A stretch of 64,000 nt of DNA from positions 2,914,001-2,978,000 of the forward strand of contig CM059432.1 in NCBI GenBank assembly GCA_030390025.1, written 5' to 3'. This document shows positions 58,310 through 64,000 of this stretch, one piece after another. A program made the translations under genes and the position numbers. Every line of letters begins with the position of its first letter. Positions within the stretch are counted from its first letter, which is position 1. The notes under the pieces were generated by a model, which saw only the letters and a program-made list of their open reading frames with translations, was not told the origin of the DNA and did not search any database. This DNA comes from Squalus acanthias. Lineage: Eukaryota.

Positions 58310-59968
58310 GGATCTCGGAGTACAAACACACAAATCACTAAAAGTTGCGAGGCAGGTTAGCAAGGCCATAAAAAAAAGCAAACCAAGCACTCGGGTTTAT
58401 TACAAGAGGGATAGAATTGAAAAGTAGAGAAGTTATGCTAAAACTTGGATCGAACCTTGGTTAGACCACACTTGGAGTATTGCGTGCAGTTCTGGTCGCC
58501 ATATTATAAAAAGGATATAGAGGCACTGGAGAGGGTGCAGAGAAGATTTACAAGGATGATACCAGAAATGCGAGGGTATACCTATCAGGAAAGGATGAAC
58601 AGGCTGGGGCTCTTTTCTCTTGAAAAGAGAAGGCTGAGGGGCGACCTAATAGAGGTCTTTAAAATTATGAAAGGTTTTGATAGAGTGGATACAGAGAGAA
58701 GGATCTCAAAGTACAAATATACAAATCACTAAAAGTAGCGATACAGATTAACAAGCTGGGTGGGAATGTAAATTGTGAGGAGGATGCAAGGAGGCTTCAA
58801 GGGGATATAGACAGGCTAAGTGACTGGGCAAGAACCTGGCAAATGGAAATTAATGTGGAGAAATGTGAAGTTATCCACTTTGGTAGGAAAAATAGAAAAG
58901 CAGAGTATTTTTTAAATAGTGAGAGATTGGGAAATGTTGGTGATCAGAGGGACCTGGGTGTCCTTGTACACGAATCACTGAAAGTTAACATGCAGGTACA
59001 GCAAGCAATTGGGAAAGCAAATGATATGTTGACCTTTATTACAAGAGGAGTTGAGTATAAGAGTAAAGACGTCTTATTGCAATTATATAGGGCCCAGGTG
59101 AGACCACACCTGGAGTATTGTGTACAGTTCTGGTCTCCTTACCTAAGGAAGGATATACTTGCCACAGAGGGAGTGCAACGAAGGTCACCAGACTGGTTCC
59201 TGGGATGGGGGGATTGTCCTATGAGGACAGATTGAGTAGACTAGGCCTATATTCTCTGCAGTTTAGAAGAATGAGAGTTGATCTCATTGAAACATACAAA
59301 ATTCTTACAGGACTTGACAGGGTAGATACAGGGAGGCTGCTTCCCCTGGCTGGAGAGTCTAGAACCAGGGGTCACAGTCTCAGAATAAGGGATCGGCCAT
59401 TTAGGACTGAGATGAGGAGAAATTTCTTCACTCAGAGGGGTGAATCTTTGACATTCTCTACCCAGAGGGCTGTGGAGGCTCAGTTGTTGAGTATATTCAA
59501 GACAAAGATCGATAGATTTTTGAATATTAAGGGAATCAAGGGATATGGGGATAGTGCAGGAAAGCGGAGTTGAGGTAGAAGATCAGCCATGATCTTATTG
59601 AATGGCGGAACAGGCTCGAGGGGCCGAATGGCCGACTCCTGCTCCTAATTCTTATGTTCTTATGAGAATGCAAAACTAGAGGCCATCAATATAAGATAGT
59701 CACCAAGAAATCCAATAGGGAATTCAGAAGAAACTTCTTTACCCAGAGAGTGGTGAGAATGTGGAACTCACTACAACAGGGAGTGGCTGAAGCGAATAGT
59801 ATGGATGCATTTAAGGGGAAGCTGGACAAGCATATGAGGGAGAAGGGAATAGAGGGTTATGCTGATAGAGTTAGATGAGGAAAGACAGAAGGAGGCTCGA
59901 GTGGAGCATAAACGCCGGCATGGACTGGTTGGGCCGAATGGCCTGTTTCTGTGCCGGATATCCTATGA
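58310..59968 (+). mobile_element. Two nested CR1 3' fragments
   Basis: Outer copy at 58310-58700 resumes at ~59670-59968; inner copy at ~58755-59664 has its own tail. Confidence 0.88.
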
Positions 59969-60303
59969 AAGATTTAGCAGAATTTAGATTTTTTTTCAAT
60001 CAATGAGTCATTAGGTAGCAGATGCAGTTTATTATGGATAAGCTAAAATAATTAATGTGGCAGCGAGGAACTGAACTAGCAGAAAGTGTTTAATGGAACA
60101 GGAGGCACAAGCTGATCATGAAGGAGATCGATGGGCCAAATTTTTTTGGAGTCAATCCCAAAGCCCCCTCGTCAGCCTGGCAGTAGGTGGCTTGCATATT
60201 CCTGATTTGAACAGCGCTGAATCCATTGTATTTCTGGATGCAGCTGATTAGTAGGGTGTGGGCGAATGCCAGGAATAGCAGCCACCTGCTGTTGGGCATT
60301 TGA

Positions 60304-61110
60304 ACAACAACTTGCATTTATACAGCGCCTTTATCAGGAAAGGATGAACAGGCTGGGGCTCTTTTCGCTTGAAACAGGCTGAGGGGTGACCTAGTAGAGG
60401 TCTTTAAAATTATGAGAGGTTTTGATAGAGTGGATACAGAGAGAATGTTTCCACTTGTGGGGAAGAGCATAACTAGAGGCCATCAATATAAGATAGTCAC
60501 CAAGAAATCCAATAGGGAATTCAGAAGAAACTTCTTTACCCAGAGAGTGGTGAGAATGTGGAACTCGCTACCACAGGGAGTGGTTGAGGCGAATATTATA
60601 GATGCATTTAAGGGGAGGCTAGACAAGCATATGAGGGAGAAGGGAATAGAGGGTTATGCTGATAGAGTTAGATGAGGAAAGACGGGAGGAGGCTCGAGTG
60701 GAGCATAAACACCGGCATGGACTGGTTGGGCCGAATGGCCTCTTTCTGTGCCGTATATCCTGTGTAATCCGATGTAATGCAGTAAAACGTCCCACGGCGC
60801 TTCACAGGAGCGATCATCAGGCAAAATTTTGACACCAAGCCACGTAGGACATATTAGGACAGGCGACCAAAAGCTTGGTCAAAGAGGTAGGTTTTAAGGA
60901 GCGTCTTAAAGGAGGAGAGAGAGGTGGAGAGGTTTAGGGAGGGAATTCCAGAGTTTGGGGCCCAGGCAGCTGAAAGCACGGCCGCCAATGGTGGAGCGAT
61001 GGAAATCGGGGGATGCGCAAGAGGCCAGAATTGGAGGAGTGCAGAGATCTCGGAGGGTTGTGGGGCTGGAGGAGATTACAGAGATAGGGAGAGAGGCCAT
61101 GGAGGGACTT
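60304..61110 (-). mobile_element. L2 3' fragment with its tail interrupted by a CR1 (60332-60775, plus)
   Basis: L2 tail CAGCGCCTTTA|...|ATGCAGTAAAACGTCCC is split by a CR1 3' end. Confidence 0.87.
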
Positions 61111-61539
61111 GACTTGAGGGGATAGAAATTCTTGTGCTGCTGCAGGTAGCTTAAAGAGGAGATCAGTTTTTAAAAAATCATTTCACTGCTGATAGACTGG
61201 AAGAAACACCAGGATATGTTGGTAAGTGATTGTGAAAGCAGCACTGCCGAGCCACAGTTCGAGGAGGACACCCATAACAATCTTGCTTCAACACATGCAA
61301 GCGGAGGAGGGGCATCTACATTTTTCCTGTTGGCTATCGGATTGACTCAAGGGTGTATCGGGGGACTTGGCAGGTCTCTGATTATGTCGGCAGCACTGAC
61401 TAGAGAACTTGCATTCAGTGTTGGAAAAAGTTCCATGATTCACTTTAGGAAGGAAGTCAAGGCCTTGGAGAAGGGCGTGCACTTACCCATAGGCCTTCAA
61501 TGGACTTTTGTATGGCAACTCCCTTCAGCCAAGCATCCA

Positions 61540-62688
61540 AACAGCGCGGCGCCCTCTACAGGACATCTGGGCCCGGTGTGAACAGGGCAAGCAACTGTCT
61601 ATTTCCTTAAAAAAAGAAAGACTTGCATTTATATAGCGCCTTTCACGACACCGGACGTCTCAAAGCGCTTTATAGTAATTGAAGTACTTTTGAAGTGTAG
61701 TCACTGTTATAATGTGGGAAACGCGGCAGCCAATTTGCGCACAGCAAGCTCCCACAAACAGCAGTGTGATAATGACCAGATAATCTGTTTTTTTAGTGAT
61801 GTTGGTTGAGGGATAAATATTGGCCCAGGACACCGGGGAGAACTCCCCTGCTCTTCTTCGAAATAGTGCCATGGGATCTTTTACATCCACCTGAGAGAGC
61901 AGACAGGGCCTCGGTTTAACGTCTCATCCGAAAGACGGCACCTCCGACACTGCAGCGCTCCCTCAGCACTGCGCTGGAGTGTCAGCCTAGCTTTATGTGC
62001 TCAAATCTCGGGAGTGAGACTTGAACCCACAACCTGTTGACTCAAAGGCAAGTGTGCTACCAAGTGAGCCACAGCTGACACCAATTAACCAATTAGATTG
62101 AAGAATCGTGAATGAGCAGCGGATTGTCTGAACCAGGAAGTGTAAATAGGAACATTGAATTCAAATTAAAATCAAGTACAGAAGGAAAATAAAGAGAGGG
62201 AAAGAAAGATAAGATTAAGAGAGAGAGAGATAAAAGAGACAGAAAGAAAAAGTTCGAAATCAATTTTTAATTCAATTTTTTTTTAACGTCTCCAACAACA
62301 ATTAAAAGCTGAAGGAATGAGACTCCACATTTGTAATAGTTAATTTTCAGTGCCAGAGAGTTGACTGGTAGTAATTAAGACTTACCGTGCTGTTAAAAGA
62401 GTACTTACACTAGAATGAACAAGCCCTAACTTTCTGTGACGAGTTTAATCTGTACCTACGACGTCAGTACAGGAACTTCACGCCGTTCAGTGTATTTGAA
62501 TGTGGAGTCAGACGGCAAGATGCTGTTTTCGCGCAGCTTATGGAGCAATGTTGCATCTCGGACTGCAACTTCCGGATTTTTGCGTTTCACCGTGCATGTG
62601 TGGTCGCCGGAGTTTGCTGTACAATTTCCAGGTAAATAATGGTGAGTGCTGATAGACTCCCCATTATTTTCACAGAAAAATTCATCCC
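61540..62688. mobile_element. Harbinger-like MITE (left end unclear) carrying a Deu-SINE
   Basis: Internal homology to the 31-kb and 48-kb copies; right end AAAATTCATCCC followed by AAT. Confidence 0.65.
61609..62081 (-). mobile_element. Deu-SINE, full length
   Basis: Head, core and tail. Confidence 0.9.
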
Positions 62689-62689
62689 A

Positions 62690-62908
62690 ATACTCTAGCT
62701 GGGGCCTAACCGGTGATTTATAAAGGTTTTGTATAACTTCCTCGCTTTTCTACTCTATGCCTCTATTTATAAAGCCAAGGATCCCGTATGCTTTTTAACA
62801 GCCCTTCTCAACTTGTCCTGCTACCTTAAAAGACTTGTGTATGCACACCCCCCAGTCTCTCTGCTCCTGCATCCCCTTTAGAATTGTACCCTTTAGTTTA
62901 TATTGCCT
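62690..62908 (-). mobile_element. CR1 RT fragment
   Basis: Minus strand AYGILGFINRGIE...LYKSPVRPQLEY-type motifs. Confidence 0.82.
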
Positions 62909-62924
62909 CGGTTTAACGCCGTGC

Positions 62925-63120
62925 GATTTTTTACGTCCACCTGAGAGAGCAGACGGGGCCTCGGTTTAACATCTCATCCGAAAGATGGCACCTCTGACAG
63001 TGCAGCGTTCCCTCAGTACTGCACTGGGAGTGTCAGCCTAGATTTTTGTGCTCAAGTCTCTGGAGTGGGACTCGAACCCCGAACCCACAACCTTTAGTGA
63101 CGACAGTGATACCCACGGCT
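62925..63120 (-). mobile_element. Deu-SINE 5' portion
   Basis: Core and B box. Confidence 0.82.
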
Positions 63121-63307
63121 GTCTTGCTCTAAGTTTTAAAACCAGATCAACCAGCTACTCCTGTTTAAGAGTGCCAGATATTAAATGATAGATTTTACAG
63201 GCTTGATATTAATCCCTTATACTTGTACTAAGGCTTGCAATGGCTTGGAATAGGATTGGATGAATTGGTTTGGTTCAGTGTGAATTATAATTTACATTTC
63301 CCTATTA

Positions 63308-64000
63308 TTTTTTTAATTATTCGTTCATGGAATGTGGGTGTCGCTGTCAAGGCCAGCATTTATTGCCCATCCCTAATTGCCCTTGAGAAGGTGGTGGTGA
63401 GCCGCCTTCTTGAACCACTGCAGTCCGTGTGGTGAAGGCTGCTCCCACAGTGCGGTTAGGGAGGGAGTTCCAGGATTTTGACCCAGCAAAGATGAAGGAA
63501 CGGCCGATATATTTCCAAGTCAGGATGGTGTGTAACTTGAAGGTGAACTTGGAGGTGGTAGTGTTCCCGTGCGCCTGCTGCATTTGTCCTCCTAGGTGGT
63601 AAAGGTCACAGGTTTGGGAGGTGCTGCTGAAGAAGCCTTGGCGAGTTGCTGCAGTGCATCTTGTAGATGGTGCACACTGCAGCCACGGTGCGCCGGTGGA
63701 GGAGGGAGTGAATGTTTAAGGTGGTGGATGGGGTGCCAATCAAGCGGGCTGCTTTGTCCTGGATGGTGTTGAGCTTCTTGAGTGTTGTTGGAGCTGCACT
63801 TATCCAGGCAAGTGGAGAGTATTCCATCACACTCCTTACTTGTGCCTTGTAGATGGTGGAAAGGCTTTGGGGAGTCAGGAGGTGAGACACTCGCCACAGA
63901 ATACCCAGCCTCTGACCTGCTCTGTGGCTGCAGTATTTATGTGGCTGGTCCAGTTACGTTTCTGGTCAATGGTGACCCCCAGGATGTTAATGGTGGGGGA
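63308..64000 (-). mobile_element. Zenon-like LINE running off the window edge
   Basis: SHLLTPQSLSTIYKAQVRSVMEYSPLAW...; tail at 63308-63400. Confidence 0.86.

Noticed and set aside
61200..61435. Possible Myb/SANT N-terminal relic on the minus strand
   Set aside because: The resemblance needs a frameshift and rests on a few residues.
3411..63120. Minus-strand excess of Deu-SINE and L2 insertions as evidence of an intron
   Set aside because: The skew is modest (roughly 2:1 on small counts) and CR1s do not share it.
1..64000. CRISPR arrays, prokaryotic or viral systems, rRNA genes
   Set aside because: No regularly spaced repeat-spacer arrays, operon-like ORF clusters, LTR/gag-pol-env motifs or rRNA sequence were seen; the content is vertebrate TE-rich DNA.

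Overview
Vertebrate genomic DNA, almost certainly from an elasmobranch (shark or ray): it carries HE1-type V-SINEs and SacSINE1-type Deu-SINEs, both described from sharks. I could not support any intact cellular protein-coding gene. The window is a repeat-saturated non-coding region. It holds dozens of nested, decayed CR1 LINEs (one keeps its 5' end with a zinc-finger/SGNH-esterase ORF1 and an APE endonuclease), L2 3' ends, a poly(A)-tailed Zenon-like CR1-group LINE, three tRNA-headed SINE families that each share a 3' tail with a different LINE, Penelope-like (GIY-YIG) relics with degenerate hammerhead ribozymes, two hAT-type MITE families, and a PIF/Harbinger-like MITE group (GG(C/G)CC termini, 3-bp AWT target duplications). 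A ~2.5-kb purine-strand tract lies near the left end. The long ORFs in the supplied track are low-complexity artefacts or TE relics. The most unusual signal is a subterminal array of long, near-perfect hairpins in the Harbinger-like MITEs, at conserved positions but with different stem sequences in each copy. Family names come from my recognition of motifs, not from database searches, and many element boundaries are approximate (about +/-10 bp).
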